DNA of 64,000 nucleotides. It comes from a plasmid. The DNA lies in sequence record NZ_CP024587.1. One strand, written 5' to 3'. Shown here one piece after another: positions 1 to 11,150 of the stretch; positions within the stretch are counted from its first letter, which is position 1; every line of letters starts with the position of its first letter. The notes under the pieces were generated by a model that made no database searches, was not told the DNA's origin, and saw only the letters and a program-made list of their open reading frames with translations. The position numbers and the translations under genes are program-made.

Positions 1-5
1 ATGAG

Positions 6-1113
6 GTGCTATGGGTGGTGCGGGAGTGCTTCTCGGGCGAGGTCGTGCTGGCGCGCAGCCTGTTGTCGGGTACGGCTGAGGATCTGGCACCGCTGCTACA
101 CGAGGCGGCTAGGGCGATCGGGGTGCCGGTCGAGGGGGTGATCAGCGATGGGCAGACCTCGATCCGTCGCGCCATCGCCCAGGTGCTGCCCGGCGTGCCG
201 CATCAGCTCTGCCAGTTCCACTTGCCTCGCGCGAGGCGGCGAACCTGGTCTACGAGGCCGACCGGCACGCCAAGAAGGAACTCAAGAAGCAGGTCCGCGG
301 CGTGCGCCCGATCGAACGCGCGGTGGAGGGGCGCGACGATGCCGGCTCGGAGGTGGTGCGCGGCTACTGCGCGGCGGTGCGCAGTGCCATCACCGACGAC
401 GGACGCACGCCGCTCTCGGCCCCCGGGCTCAAGCTCAAGGGGCGGCTGGAGGCGGTGGCGGAAAGCCTGGACCGGGTACAGCAAAAGGGGGCGGTGCCCC
501 CCCGGCGCCGCTCGCGCGGCTGCGCCGGTTGATCGGCCGCGGCCTGGAAGGCACGGCCGCGCTCTGGCCTGATGTGGAACGCGCCTACACCTGGGTGCAC
601 GCCGCGGCACGGCTGTTGGGCAATGCTCGTGGCGAGGGATCCGCATCCGTCCGCCGGCGGTTCGATGGCCTGGTCGCGGCCATGCGCCGGCACCGCGATG
701 GCGCCGGCCGTCTGTCCCCTGCCATTGAGCACTTCGCCAAGGTGTTCCGCAGCTACCGGCCCGGACTGTTCCACTGCTACGGCGTGCCTGGCCTGCCGCG
801 GACCAACAACGACCTCGAGCAGTTGTTCGGCTCGCAGCGCTACCACGAGCGACGCGCCACCGGCCGCAAGGCCGCCTCGCCGGCCGCCGTGCTCCGCGGC
901 GAGGTTCGCCTGATCGCGGCCACGGCCACCCGCCTGCGTCCGCCCGATGCCCGAGAGCTGGGATGCGTCAACCGACAGCGATGGGCCGAACTCCGTCAGC
1001 GCCTCGAACGACGACGTCACGCCAGGACCCTGCGAACCCGGTTCCGTCGCGATCCCGACGCCTACCTCGCCGCCCTCGAACATCAAGCCTGCCAGCCAAT
1101 TTTGCCAACCTAG
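6..1113 (+). pseudogene. DDE transposase pseudogene, at least two frameshifts
   Basis: Three overlapping frames (6-572, 302-532, 148-1113) jointly encode one transposase-like protein. N-part 'ISDGQTSIRRAIAQVLPGVPHQLCQFHL' is IS256/ISL3-like; C-part 'LPRTNNDLEQLFGSQRYHERRATGRK' fits the DDE third-E plus K/R region. Family uncertain. Confidence 0.5.
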
Positions 1114-1462
1114 CTTTTTTGACCGTCATGTCGTGGCGGTCGAGCAAGCGCCAGACGGTGCTGGGAGCCACCGCCAAACCGTGATCCCGCCGGAGCATCT
1201 CGGCCAACTCAACCAGTGTGATGTCGACCTTGGCGTCTACCGCGGCGAGGACGATGTCCTTGTAGGCTTCGGCCCGTTGCGACCGCCGGTCGCCACCCTG
1301 ACGTTGCGCCTTGTCCCGGCCGCTCTCCCGCCAATCCTGCACCCAGCGGATCGCGCTGGACACTGAGACGCCGAACCGGGCTGCTGCGGCGCGGCGGGAC
1401 GACCCTGCCTCCACGGCGGCAATGACGCGCGACCTGAGGTCAGAAGACAGCGCTCTGCTCAT
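1099..1462 (-). pseudogene. IS630-family transposase, N-terminal HTH fragment (3' truncated)
   Basis: 'MSRALSSDLRSRVIAAVEAGSSRRAAAARFGVSVSSAIRWV' is a typical IS630/Tc1 N-terminus. The ORF degenerates after about 120 aa and no DDE domain follows. Confidence 0.55.
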
Positions 1463-1882
1463 CCCCACCGGCCTCCTCCCGGCTAACAGGGTGAAGCAGA
1501 TTTCGAGCTGTCCGGGAATCCCTCCCCGACTCAATCAGGTCAGATCATGCTCTAAATCAGACCTTGCGATCTGATGGCGGCGTGCGTCCGTGGAAGCCAG
1601 ATGTGCTGCCATGGCAGTCTTGTTCTGATTGACAGAGACGCGAGTCGGTAGGATTTCGCCCTTCTTTCCACTGTCACACGGGCTGCCCTGCGTGTGGACG
1701 GCCGGCGTGTCATCCGCAACCGCCTGGGCTGGCGCGACTCGCCGACTGAGTACGGCCCGCATGAGACGCTCTACAACCGCTGAGTGGGAAGGGTGTGCTC
1801 AACCGGATCTTCGCGGGCCTGGCAGACCGCCGACGCCAGCCCGCTCGGCTGATGGTCATGCGATCCACCTCCAGGCGCATCG

Positions 1883-2899
1883 TCAGCGAGGCTGCGAGGC
1901 TCTTGGCACTGTGAGGTGCGGGTCAGCCCGCGTCGGGAGAGCGAGCAGCTTGTCGAGGGCCTTGCGCCGACTCAGCCGGCGCCACGGATAGACCCAGGTC
2001 TGGCGCTGCCGGAAGCGTCGCCGGTGGCTCACGCCGGCATCGGTCTGAGCCACCGGTGCCTTCGGCAGAAGCACGTCGAATTCGGCGCAGAGCGCCTCAG
2101 CCTGCCGATAGAAACGGTTGAAATAGTCGTCCCAGGGCCAGCCCGGCGCGATCCAGGGTTTGGGCCCGCCCGTGAAGTGAAAGATCTTGACCCGCTGCCC
2201 GGTGGTCCGTGGATCCCGGATCATCATATGCTCGGTCTGGTAGTTGAAGGTCTGGGACAGCATCACCGTCCTGCCCCTTGCCGCATGGTTCAGTGCGCTT
2301 TGATCGGAGGAGCGGCAGCGCTCCGGATGCTCCTTGAAGAATCGGATAGCCTCCGGGACGATCTCCTTCCAGGGGCGGACTGAGGTGTAGACAACACCGG
2401 CATTGAAGTATTCGTTACAGGGAACTCCGATGCCATCCAGATACTGCTGTTCCCGCTCGATGGACTTGCCTACCTCACCGGTGAAAACCTGCAGGTTATC
2501 AGGCGCGACGGCGATCTTGCCATGCTCCGGTGGCTGGCTCAGGAGCGTGTCAAGGTTGTCATCGACCATCACGTCCCCATCGATATAGAGAAAACGATCG
2601 GTGCCTTCAGGCAGGAAGCGGTCGATCCAGAAACGCGCGAGCGTGATCGGCGGTAGATAGCGATCGCGATGGAAGCGGGCGAGATCCTGGTACTCCGGGA
2701 TGTCGACCCATTGCAGATGCAAGCCTGCCTTCGCCAGGCAGGCAACACCTTGCTCCTTCCAGCTTGGGCGCCGGTCGAGCACATAGATGATGACATCGGC
2801 CGCGTCGCGAGCGGTGTTCGCCCGCGCCGAAAGCGCGGAGGCAACGGTCGGAATCAGGTAGTTATTGTCGCAAATCAGGACGATTGCTGCTTTGCTCAT
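1883..2899 (-). CDS. Glycosyltransferase family 8 (LPS/EPS galactosyl- or glucosyltransferase-like)
   Basis: N-terminal 'AIVLICDNNYLIPTVASALS', DxD motif 'LYIDGDVMV', 'NAGVVY' and 'HFTGGPKPW' are GT8 signatures. Confidence 0.75.
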   Translation of the reverse strand: MSKAAIVLICDNNYLIPTVASALSARANTARDAADVIIYVLDRRPSWKEQGVACLAKAGLHLQWVDIPEYQDLARFHRDRYLPPITLARFWIDRFLPEGTDRFLYIDGDVMVDDNLDTLLSQPPEHGKIAVAPDNLQVFTGEVGKSIEREQQYLDGIGVPCNEYFNAGVVYTSVRPWKEIVPEAIRFFKEHPERCRSSDQSALNHAARGRTVMLSQTFNYQTEHMMIRDPRTTGQRVKIFHFTGGPKPWIAPGWPWDDYFNRFYRQAEALCAEFDVLLPKAPVAQTDAGVSHRRRFRQRQTWVYPWRRLSRRKALDKLLALPTRADPHLTVPRASQPR

Positions 2900-3018
2900 T
2901 CAACACTCCCCAATCGTCGCCATGGGCCGCGCTGTGACCCGACACTCAACCTCGCGCGCCTGTGCGCCCGGCGAAGCGGTCGAGATGATCTCGCGGCGTG
3001 AATCGGTCCGGCATGTGC

Positions 3019-3609
3019 TCACCATGAGAAAATCTCGTGGTGTGTCCGGAGCATGAGCTCCGCCGGCAGGCGGCACCCATGCAGTATCAGTACCAGCGTG
3101 CTGGCCACGACCATCAAAGCAGGCAGGCGTTCTACAGAAGGATTGAAGCCGAAAGGCTGTAGACGGCTGACCATCATAACCGTTCCAGCAATGCCGATGG
3201 CGGCACCCACCAGGACATCTGCCGGACTGTGAAAACCAAGTAGCAACCTTGAACTCCCGAAAGCCGTCGCGAAGGCCAGGCTGACAAGGAAGCTTGCCCT
3301 CAGGGTCTGCAACCGGGCGCCGCCGCAGAGCAGCAGGAGACCTGCATAGGTGACTGTCCCCGCCGCGGTATGGCCACTGGGGCTCTTCAGGCCAACCCAG
3401 GCCAGTGGCCCGGCATAGGAGAAAGTGGCGAGTTTCAGGAGCAGCATGACGCCCAGTGTCCCGAGGACTGCAGCGAGCCAGATGGTCGCGATGCGGATAT
3501 CCGCGAAGATCAGAAGCCAGATCGCGACGAGCAAGGATAGCGGAAGAACGATAGCGAGATCCGCGAAATCGGTCAGAAACAGGATCAAATCTCTCATCGA
3601 TCTTTGCAA
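3019..3609 (-). CDS. PAP2-family membrane phosphatase
   Basis: Polytopic membrane protein with 'KSPSGHTA' (PSGH) and 'SRLLLGFHSPADVLVGAAIG' (SRx5Hx3D) acid-phosphatase motifs. Confidence 0.7.
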   Translation of the reverse strand: MQRSMRDLILFLTDFADLAIVLPLSLLVAIWLLIFADIRIATIWLAAVLGTLGVMLLLKLATFSYAGPLAWVGLKSPSGHTAAGTVTYAGLLLLCGGARLQTLRASFLVSLAFATAFGSSRLLLGFHSPADVLVGAAIGIAGTVMMVSRLQPFGFNPSVERLPALMVVASTLVLILHGCRLPAELMLRTHHEIFSW

Positions 3610-3759
3610 CTTCGGAACTGCGATTGCTGACTGGCGATGGAACGATATCGCCCTTGGATGAGGAGTACACGAAAGGCCGCCGAGTGACCCTGGTTTTCGG
3701 CGTGCCCAGTTGAAGAGGCAAGTCGTGGAAGCGGTCCGGCCGCCACCGCTTCCATCAGA

Positions 3760-4527
3760 TCAGACGGCGCCGGAACCGCGGAGCACGACCTTCACCGTCT
3801 TGACGAGGATCTTCATGTCGGTGCGCATGGACGGCCTGAGCACATACTGGGTGTCGAGCGTGATACGGTAGGCATAGCTGGTGTCGCTGCGGCCGCTCAC
3901 CTGCCACAAGCCAGTCAGGCCGGGACGGACAGAGAGATAGACGCTCTTGCCGTCGGAATAACGCTCGACGAGTTCCTTCTGGGTGACCGGGCGAGGACCG
4001 ACAAGGCTCATATCGCCGCGCAGAACGTTGAAGAGCTGCGGCACCTCGTCCAGGCTGGTCGCGCGCAGCACGCGGCCGATCCAGGTCACGCGAGGATCAC
4101 GGCGGAGCTTCTGCTGAGTCTCCCACTCGTGGCGGATTTCAGGATCGCTGGCCAGCAAGTTCTGCAGGCGCTTCTCGGCGTCGGGCACCATGGACCGGAA
4201 CTTCAGGCAGCCAAACGTCCGACCGTTCCGCGCGATGCGCGGGTGGGCATAGAAGATGGGTCCACGATCCAGGCTTACCAGAAGGGCGATGAAAGCCATG
4301 ATCGGCAAGGCCAGGACGAGCATCACCAGAGAGAGCCCGATGTCCGTGGACCGCTTCAGGAACGGGCGTCCAAGATTGACATAGAAACCGTTTTGAAGCC
4401 GAGGCAGGCGCATCGCGGGATAAGCGATGGAATGGCTGCCGCTCGTAGTGGCAATAGCCGGATCCTGCATCGAGCGGTGCAAAAAGACATCCGCTCTACT
4501 TTCCGTCTGGTTAGCATTAGCAATCAT
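3760..4527 (-). CDS. Polyprenyl-phosphate hexose-1-phosphate transferase (bacterial sugar transferase, WbaP/ExoY-like C-domain)
   Basis: '[22 protein letters not shown]' and '[13 protein letters not shown]' are bacterial sugar-transferase signatures; one N-terminal TM helix; exact start uncertain. Confidence 0.8.
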   Translation of the reverse strand: MIANANQTESRADVFLHRSMQDPAIATTSGSHSIAYPAMRLPRLQNGFYVNLGRPFLKRSTDIGLSLVMLVLALPIMAFIALLVSLDRGPIFYAHPRIARNGRTFGCLKFRSMVPDAEKRLQNLLASDPEIRHEWETQQKLRRDPRVTWIGRVLRATSLDEVPQLFNVLRGDMSLVGPRPVTQKELVERYSDGKSVYLSVRPGLTGLWQVSGRSDTSYAYRITLDTQYVLRPSMRTDMKILVKTVKVVLRGSGAV

Positions 4528-4960
4528 CGAAGAAAATCAACCTCCGTTCCAAGGGACAAGATCCGAGACAAAGTCTCCGCAACGAAATTTGTTCTTCCTT
4601 CGAGCCTGCCTCCGACTGACCGCGACGCTATGTGACCGTCTGTGTCACGAGAGATGAGTAAGCTTCTTCGTTCGCACGAGCAACAAGGAAATCGTGAGAA
4701 AAATCTAATTATAGAGATTACGCACGTCAAAAGGAGAGGAAGCCCGAAAAAAAATAAAACACCCCGTCTTCCCTCTCAGGGAATCGTACTGTTTTTGCTC
4801 ACAAATGCATCAAAAAGCATGCTTGTCGAATTTTAGTACACCCTGGGGTTAAGTACATCACGCGCGCCGGCTGAGTAACAAAACACAACTCCACAAAAAG
4901 CAACCATGGGTTGCTTTGAAAATGCTATACGCTCATAGGACGTATTAATATTGGAATAAC

Positions 4961-6367
4961 ATGCCTAGGGTTGCTGCTGCGCGCGCTGAAGACCTGCTCG
5001 ACACTTTTGGGGTGGTGACGCACCTAGCCTACACGGATGGCGGATACCGCGACCTGAATGCAACCATGGACGCGCTGGCCTATCTGGGCATCGACTATGT
5101 CCGGGACGGAGCGCCGAATCCGAACTACGATCGCTATGGCCAGGAGCATTACGCACAGGCAGCGGCCCTGGGCGTGCATTTCACCTTCGCGGCGGATGGG
5201 GGCGTGGATCCGTTCGTGGAGGTGGCGCGAATCCATGCCATCGAGGCCACCCATCCCGGCACGGTCACAGCGATAGAAGGACCCAATGAGGTCAACAACT
5301 GGCAGGTGGCCTACCAGGGACTTACGGGCACCGCCGGAGCGCAGGCCTATATGAAGGCCCTCTATGACGCGGTACAGGCCGATCCACTCGTGAAGGACAT
5401 CGACGTGTCCGGCTTCACGGACTGGCCCTTCCACGCTTCGGTCTCGGATACGAGTTCCATCCATCCTTACGCAAAGGAGGGGGACCAACCGCTCGCGACG
5501 ATTCAGCAGAACATGGCAGGCCAGAGTGCCGTCGATCCGAACAAGGCCTTCTATATCACCGAGACGGGCTATCACACCCAGATCAACCCGTCGGGCGGTT
5601 GGGAGGGGGTGGATGAGGCCACCCAGGCCAAGCTCCTGCTGAACACCTATATGGACGGCGCCAGGCTGGGGGCGAAGGAAACCTACGTGTACCAGCTGCT
5701 GGACGCCTACTCAGGCTCCTCGCAGGAGGAGCATTTCGGTCTCATGCGCCTGGACAACTCACCGAAGCCCGCGGCGACCGCCATCCATAACCTGACCACG
5801 ATCCTCGCGGATCATGGGGATAAGAATCTGAGCTTTACGCCGCAGAGCCTGTCCTACACGGTCAAAGGCAACGACCAAGCATACACCTATCTGACGCAGA
5901 AATCCGATGGATCCTTCCAGCTGATTGTCTGGTCCGAGCCCGACATCTGGAACCAGGATACCAATCAGCCGATAGCAGTGGCCGCCACGAAGACGGCGAT
6001 CACCTTCGGCACCGCCGCGAAAAGCATCCAGGTCTTCGATCCGCTGACCGGCACCGCCGCCGTGCAGGCCCTGAATCATGCCAGCAGCGTGACACTGAAT
6101 GTCACGGATCATCCGCTGGTTGTGCAGTTTCAGCCGGAGCAGAACCACCACCTGCGAGGCACGGCAGGTGCCGATATGCAGGCCGGGCGCGCGGTCAGCG
6201 ACACGATCCAGCTTCACCATTCTGCCGTCTCCAGTGGCGACCGGGCTCATTCCCTGATGAGCCACTCGGGAGATGACGTGACCCCGAAGATCGGGCTTGA
6301 AACAACCGAGTTCAGCAATTTTTTCCTGCACGGTCTCAAGGCAGCGGATTTCGACCTGTTTTCCTGA
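4961..6367 (+). CDS. Glycoside hydrolase, clan GH-A-like (TIM barrel)
   Basis: 'EGPNEVNNW' (acid/base NE) and 'FYITETGYHT' (nucleophile ETG) motifs. Lies divergent from the sugar transferase across a low-GC promoter region (4530-4960). Confidence 0.55.
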   Translation: MPRVAAARAEDLLDTFGVVTHLAYTDGGYRDLNATMDALAYLGIDYVRDGAPNPNYDRYGQEHYAQAAALGVHFTFAADGGVDPFVEVARIHAIEATHPGTVTAIEGPNEVNNWQVAYQGLTGTAGAQAYMKALYDAVQADPLVKDIDVSGFTDWPFHASVSDTSSIHPYAKEGDQPLATIQQNMAGQSAVDPNKAFYITETGYHTQINPSGGWEGVDEATQAKLLLNTYMDGARLGAKETYVYQLLDAYSGSSQEEHFGLMRLDNSPKPAATAIHNLTTILADHGDKNLSFTPQSLSYTVKGNDQAYTYLTQKSDGSFQLIVWSEPDIWNQDTNQPIAVAATKTAITFGTAAKSIQVFDPLTGTAAVQALNHASSVTLNVTDHPLVVQFQPEQNHHLRGTAGADMQAGRAVSDTIQLHHSAVSSGDRAHSLMSHSGDDVTPKIGLETTEFSNFFLHGLKAADFDLFS

Positions 6368-6471
6368 AGTGAACTGAAGCAGCTGGATCACGGCGTTTCC
6401 AACGACCTGCATGGTCGCCTACCGAGTCGGCCACACTACACGACGGTGATGGCTGGGAGGCCAGGGATCAG

Positions 6472-7476
6472 TTGAAATGGAGGATTCATCCCTCGCGAAG
6501 AAGGATCCTGGCCATGACTGCTCTTCCCGGCTCTCTCATGTCGACGCTATCGTCGCATCTGGCCCTGAGCAGCCGCCGCCTGGAAACGATGGTGGTGATC
6601 ATCCTGGGGCTGGTGAACGGCCGTACCGTGAACCTGAGCCACATCGCCAGCCAGTTTTCCGGGCCGGCGCGCCTTTCCTCCAATTACCGTCGTCTGCAGC
6701 GTTTCTTCCAGTTCGTGCGGCTCGACGAAGCATGGCTTGCCCGCACCCTGATCCGACTTTTGAACCTGCGCGCGCCGTTCACGCTGTGTCTGGACCGGAC
6801 CAGCTGGAAGGTGGGTGCGAAGGACATCAACCTTCTGGTGCTGGCGATTGCCGCGCGTCGGGTGCGCATCCCCATCCTGTGGAGCGTGCTTGCGGCGGGC
6901 TGCAGCAGCACCACTGGCCGCAAGGACCTGATGACGCGCTACCTGGCCATATTCGGCGCGGGCTCGATCGATACTCTGCTTGCCGACCGCGAGTTCGTCG
7001 GCAATCACTGGTTCGAGTTCCTGCTGGGCAACGACATCCCTTTCGCGATCAGGGTCAAGGAGAACCTTGACGTCGTTCTGGATGACGGCCGCAAAGCCGC
7101 GCTTGCCTCCCTGACCAGGCGCAAGAGGACGCGCCTTCAACTGGCCGGCCACAGAGGACACTTCGCGGGAATGAGTGCGGCCTACGCCAGAACGATGGCA
7201 TTCGTCGCCAGGCGACGCGAAGACGGCACCATGATCGTCATCGCCACCAATCGCGAGCCGAAAGCTGCCTTGTCCGTCTACAGGAAGCGTTGGCAGATCG
7301 AATGCCTCTTCTCCGATACCAAGACCCGCGGCTTCAACATGGAGGACACCAGGATCACCCGTCCTGCCAAGTTGCACCTGCTTGTCGCCATGGTCACGCT
7401 GGCTCTGGCCTGTCAATCGGCTTCGAAAAGGGACCCTGATCGGCGTGCAATCGGGGTTCTGACTCAATTTTGCTGA
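6472..7476 (+). CDS. IS4-family DDE transposase, C-terminally truncated by ISL3 insertion
   Basis: 'YRKRWQIECLFSDTKTRGFNMEDTRI' is the IS4 Y-2-R-3-E-6-K signature. The last 23 nt of the ORF coincide with the ISL3 left inverted repeat. Confidence 0.7.
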   Translation: MKWRIHPSRRRILAMTALPGSLMSTLSSHLALSSRRLETMVVIILGLVNGRTVNLSHIASQFSGPARLSSNYRRLQRFFQFVRLDEAWLARTLIRLLNLRAPFTLCLDRTSWKVGAKDINLLVLAIAARRVRIPILWSVLAAGCSSTTGRKDLMTRYLAIFGAGSIDTLLADREFVGNHWFEFLLGNDIPFAIRVKENLDVVLDDGRKAALASLTRRKRTRLQLAGHRGHFAGMSAAYARTMAFVARRREDGTMIVIATNREPKAALSVYRKRWQIECLFSDTKTRGFNMEDTRITRPAKLHLLVAMVTLALACQSASKRDPDRRAIGVLTQFC

Positions 7477-9099
7477 AGTTGACGTGCTGGGTTCCCTGGT
7501 CAGTCAGGGATCAGCAGGATGGCGAGGAACCTCAGTCCGGCAGCTTTAATCCCGCCAGGATTCGTCCTGGAGAGCGTGGACGAGACCGGCACAGCGGTGG
7601 TGATGACGGTGCGACCATCAACGGTGGCAGGGATCTGTCCCGGCTGTGGTGGCGTCAGCCATCGAGTGCACAGCCGCTACACTCGGAACTTGGCCGATCT
7701 CCCGCTGAGCGGGCGTCCTGTGGAATTGAAGCTCCTCGTCCGGCGGTTCCGCTGCGACCGTGCCCTGTGCCCCCGCCGCATCTTCTCCGAACGGTTCGTG
7801 GCTGCGACGCTATGGGCTCGGCGCACGGCCCGGCTGGACGAGATCGTCCACCACCTCGGCCTGGCGCTTGGCGGCCGTCCGGCCGCGAGCTTCGCCCAGC
7901 GGCTGCGATTGCCGGTCAGCAACGACACCTTGCTGCGGGTCGTCCGGCGCCGTGGAAGCCCAGCGTTCACGCCACCGCAGGCGGTCGGGATCGATGATTG
8001 GGCGTGGAAGCGCAACCACCGTTACGGCACGCTGATCTGCGACCTGGAGCGACGACGCACTATCGCCCTCTTGCCCGACCGCGAGCCCGCAACGGCGCAG
8101 GCCTGGTTGTCCGGCCAGCCGCAGATCGAGATCGTGACCCGCGACCGCGGTGGCGCCTACGCCCTGGCCGCGGCACGGGCGCTACCTGATGCGATGCAGG
8201 TAGCCGATCGTTGGCACCTGATGGAGAACGCCAGCCAGGCTTTTCTGGCCGCGACCCGAGCCTGCATGCGCCAGGTGCGCACGGCTATCGGCGCCACCAC
8301 GGTCGACCCCCGGCTGCTGACCGCGGCGGAGAAGCTCCAGTACGAGGGTTATCTCCGACGTGAGGACGCCAACGCCGCGGTCTTGGCGCTGCACAAGGCG
8401 GGCAAGGCGATCAAGGAGATCGTCCGGTGCACCGGTCATAGCCGCGGAACGGTGCGGCGCATCCTGCGCGGCCAGCGCGCGGATGTGTTCCGCACGCGGG
8501 AAAGCTCGCTCGACGCACACCTCCCCTGGCTGGACGCGCGCTGGGCGGCTGGAGTCCGCAACGGCGCCGCGCTGTGGCGCGAGCTTCGCGATCTCGGCTT
8601 CCACGGCTCGCTGCGGGTGGTCGCAGAGTGGGCGACGCGTCGCCGCCGGTCAGAGCAGGTCAACGTCGAGGGGCTGAGCCGTGTTCCGTCGGCCCGCACC
8701 GTGGCACGCCTGATGACCATGGCGCGTGACAGCCTGTCCAAGACGCAGACTGTGACGGTGGCTGCTATCGAAGCAGCGGTGCCTACCCTGGTCCAGGCGC
8801 GGGAGATCGTCGAAGCCTTTCACACCTTGATCCGCCGAAAACATGAGGCCGCGTTGGATGGCTGGCTCGACAGGGCGGCAGCCAGCCTCCTGGCCCCGTT
8901 CGTGCGCGGGCTCGCCCGGGATCATGTCGCCGTCCGAGCCGCAATTTCCTCCGCTTGGTCCAACGCCCAAGCCGAGGGGCAGATCAACAAGCTGAAGGTG
9001 GTCAAACGCCAGATGTATGGCAGAGGGAATCTCGACCTGCTCCAGGCCCGCGTCATAGCAGCAGGCCGATGACCGCCATCGAAATTGCGTCAGAGCCCC
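7454..9099 (+). mobile_element. Complete ISL3-family insertion sequence (about 1.65 kb)
   Basis: Imperfect terminal IRs GGGGTTCTGACTCAATTTTGCTGAAG (about 7454-7479) and the reverse complement of GGGGCTCTGACGCAATTTCGATGG (about 9076-9099) bracket an intact transposase. No target duplication; the flanks are IS4 on the left and IS21 on the right. Confidence 0.6.
7519..9072 (+). CDS. ISL3-family transposase
   Basis: 517 aa; N-terminal zinc ribbon '[23 protein letters not shown]...RRFRC', '[15 protein letters not shown]', C-terminal '[24 protein letters not shown]'. Confidence 0.85.
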   Translation: MARNLSPAALIPPGFVLESVDETGTAVVMTVRPSTVAGICPGCGGVSHRVHSRYTRNLADLPLSGRPVELKLLVRRFRCDRALCPRRIFSERFVAATLWARRTARLDEIVHHLGLALGGRPAASFAQRLRLPVSNDTLLRVVRRRGSPAFTPPQAVGIDDWAWKRNHRYGTLICDLERRRTIALLPDREPATAQAWLSGQPQIEIVTRDRGGAYALAAARALPDAMQVADRWHLMENASQAFLAATRACMRQVRTAIGATTVDPRLLTAAEKLQYEGYLRREDANAAVLALHKAGKAIKEIVRCTGHSRGTVRRILRGQRADVFRTRESSLDAHLPWLDARWAAGVRNGAALWRELRDLGFHGSLRVVAEWATRRRRSEQVNVEGLSRVPSARTVARLMTMARDSLSKTQTVTVAAIEAAVPTLVQAREIVEAFHTLIRRKHEAALDGWLDRAAASLLAPFVRGLARDHVAVRAAISSAWSNAQAEGQINKLKVVKRQMYGRGNLDLLQARVIAAGR

Positions 9100-9109
9100 T
9101 ATTCCACGC

Positions 9110-9678
9110 CGGTCAACAGTCCACACCGCCTCGGCATAGGTGTAGCTCGACGCCCCCAGCACCGCCACGAACACCTGCGCCGTGCGCACCTCGCCGGTGG
9201 CAGGCTCGATCACCTCCACCGTCTGCCCGGCGAAGTCGACGAACAGCCGCTCGCCAGCCGGATGGACCTGTCGCATCACCGGCGACAGACGGCCCTCCCA
9301 GCCTTGGTAGAACTCGCACTAACGGCTGTACTGGTAGCCACCCGGGGTGCTGGCCCGGTACTCTTCCCACAACAGCATCAGCGTCACGCCGGGCCGGCGT
9401 AGTTCCCGGTGCACCACGGCCCAGTCGGGCTCGGCCTTGCGCCGTTGCCCGGCAACCGCCCCGCCGCCCGCAAACAGCAGCGCCTCCAGCGCACCGTCCG
9501 TCAGCGTCGCCGGCAGCGGCCAGGTCAGGCCGGCCGCCGCTGCCCGGTCCAGGCACAGCCGCGCCGTACTGCGCGCCACGCCCACCGCAAGGCCGATCGC
9601 CCGGTCGGAGGCGCACGCCTCGTACTTCAGCCGCAGGATCTCTCGCACTCGTCGCATCGACACTCTCTCGGCTGGCAT
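9110..9678 (-). pseudogene. IS21-family IstA transposase fragment (frameshifted, 3' truncated by ISL3)
   Basis: 'MPAERVSMRRVREILRLKYEACASDRAIG...LLWEEYRASTPGGYQYSR' followed in another frame by '[49 protein letters not shown]', matching the IstA HTH and DDE core. Ends at the ISL3 right IR. Confidence 0.65.
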
Positions 9679-9839
9679 CCGGGCTCCCCCTCGCGTCCAG
9701 CGAGACAGGAGGCCCGGGCCCAGCCCAGCGGTCGAGCAACCACCCACCCCACAGGGGTGCCGACTTCCGATCGGAATGGCCGACTTCATCCCGGAATCAA
9801 CGGCCGACTTCAAATCGGAATCAGGTGCCGACTTGCTCC

Positions 9840-10236
9840 GGAATACGCAGGCCAGACGCTCGATCAGGCGCGCGCCGGCCTTGTCCCCGAGCGCCAGGCC
9901 TACACAGCGCTGCAGATCGCCCAGTCGCCGGGTCCGCCGTGCCCCGGCGGCCGCAACCTCCGGGAGCCGCTCGGCGAAGGTCTGCCGGGTACAGGTCGGG
10001 TCGAGGCAGCGGAACCGCCGTGCCTGGAGACGCAGCGTCACAGGGCGGCCCTGCCATGGCAAATCAGCGAGGCGGCGTTGGTAGTGGCTGTGAACGCGCC
10101 GTGACGACGTGCCGCAAGCTGGGCAGGTGGCGGCCTCGGAAGGTAGCGTGGCGGCGATGATGATGTCATCGGAAGCGGGCAGGACCTGCTGAACCAGCAG
10201 CCCCGCTGGAAGCAGAAGCAGGAGACGCTTGGACAA
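9840..10236 (-). pseudogene. Second ISL3-family transposase, N-terminal fragment (interrupted by the IS21 fragment)
   Basis: 'CPACGTSSRRVHSHYQRRLADLPWQGRPVTLRLQARRFRC...' is an ISL3 zinc-ribbon N-terminus, distinct in sequence from the 7519 copy. The reading frame runs into the IS21 left end. Confidence 0.55.
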
Positions 10237-10245
10237 TCCCAGCTT

Positions 10246-11097
10246 TCAGAGAGAGGAACGATGCCCCTCCAATGTGATCATCCCACCCTGGAACGACGAG
10301 CCACAGCACGGAAAGTGCGGGAGAACCAACTCACGAGTGGCATTGACAAGGGCAACGCCCAGAGCCGAGGGCGGCTCCAGGCTGAGGTGAAAACCCGTCA
10401 CCACGCGGGTAGCGACGTCAATGGCCAGGGTGAGCCAGGGACGGTCCAGCGGACGACGGTCGATGGCGGACACCACCATGATGTCGGCCAGGGTGTGATC
10501 GACCTGCACCAGTCCGAGTGGCCGCTCCTCGGTGAGATGGCCGGCAATCCGACCGAGCTTGCGGCGTGCGTGCCGGGCGCCCCTGCGACGGCGAAGCAAC
10601 TCACGAGGATCCAGGGCTGCCACACGCTGTGTAACAGCCTTCCGCGACGGCAGTGCCAGATCCTGTGCGACGCAACGGCGTCCAATCTCACGCATCAGGT
10701 CAGCCAGCGTCGGGCAATTGGGGCGAAGGTAGAACTCGTCGATGGCCTTCTCGATGGTGGTTTCCACGGCCTTGTTGAGCAGGCGGACGCCGGCGCGGCG
10801 TCCGCTTGGGCCTGGGAGCAGCGCCGTGACAGTTCGGTCCGCGCGCAAACGGCGTAGCAGGCGATAGCACTGAGCACGTTCGATGCCGAGCTCTCGGGCC
10901 GCGGCATCCACTTCACCGGCCGTACTCCGGTCGGTGCGTGCGAGAGGTGTAAGCACCCGGAGCCGGTGCTCGCCTGTGGCCCAGACTACGTCGTTGGGTC
11001 CATGGATATCGATCCTGGGCACAAACAACGATCCAATATCGATACAATTATCATTTTCAGGAAACGGATTATCATGGTCAAGGGAAATCAGAGGCAC
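10246..11097 (-). pseudogene. Mu/TniA-like (Tn5053/Tn7 TnsB-type) transposase, C-terminally truncated
   Basis: N-terminal HTH region, then integrase core 'GLVQVDHTLADIMVV...RPWLTLAIDVATRVVTGFHLSLEPPSA'. Only about 280 aa remain before the ISL3 fragment. Confidence 0.55.
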
Positions 11098-11150
11098 TAA
11101 CCATCTGATTTATCCAAATTTCTGATTATCTTGGTTAAAGAACCCTGACA
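11040..11150. repeat. Low-GC transposon terminus with repeated CTGATTATC-like transposase-binding repeats, ending TGTCA (Tn402/Tn5053-like end)
   Basis: Three to four direct copies of (C)TGATTATC(A/T)TGG spaced about 19-25 bp apart. The terminus reads ...CCCTGACA (reverse complement TGTCAGGG...) and abuts the truncated tetR. Confidence 0.4.

Noticed and set aside
8955-10160. 401-aa + strand ORF and 305-aa / 208-aa minus-strand ORFs across the IS21/ISL3 fragments
   Set aside because: These are read-through frames across IS fragments. Only the segments matching IstA and ISL3 are meaningful and are reported as pseudogene fragments.
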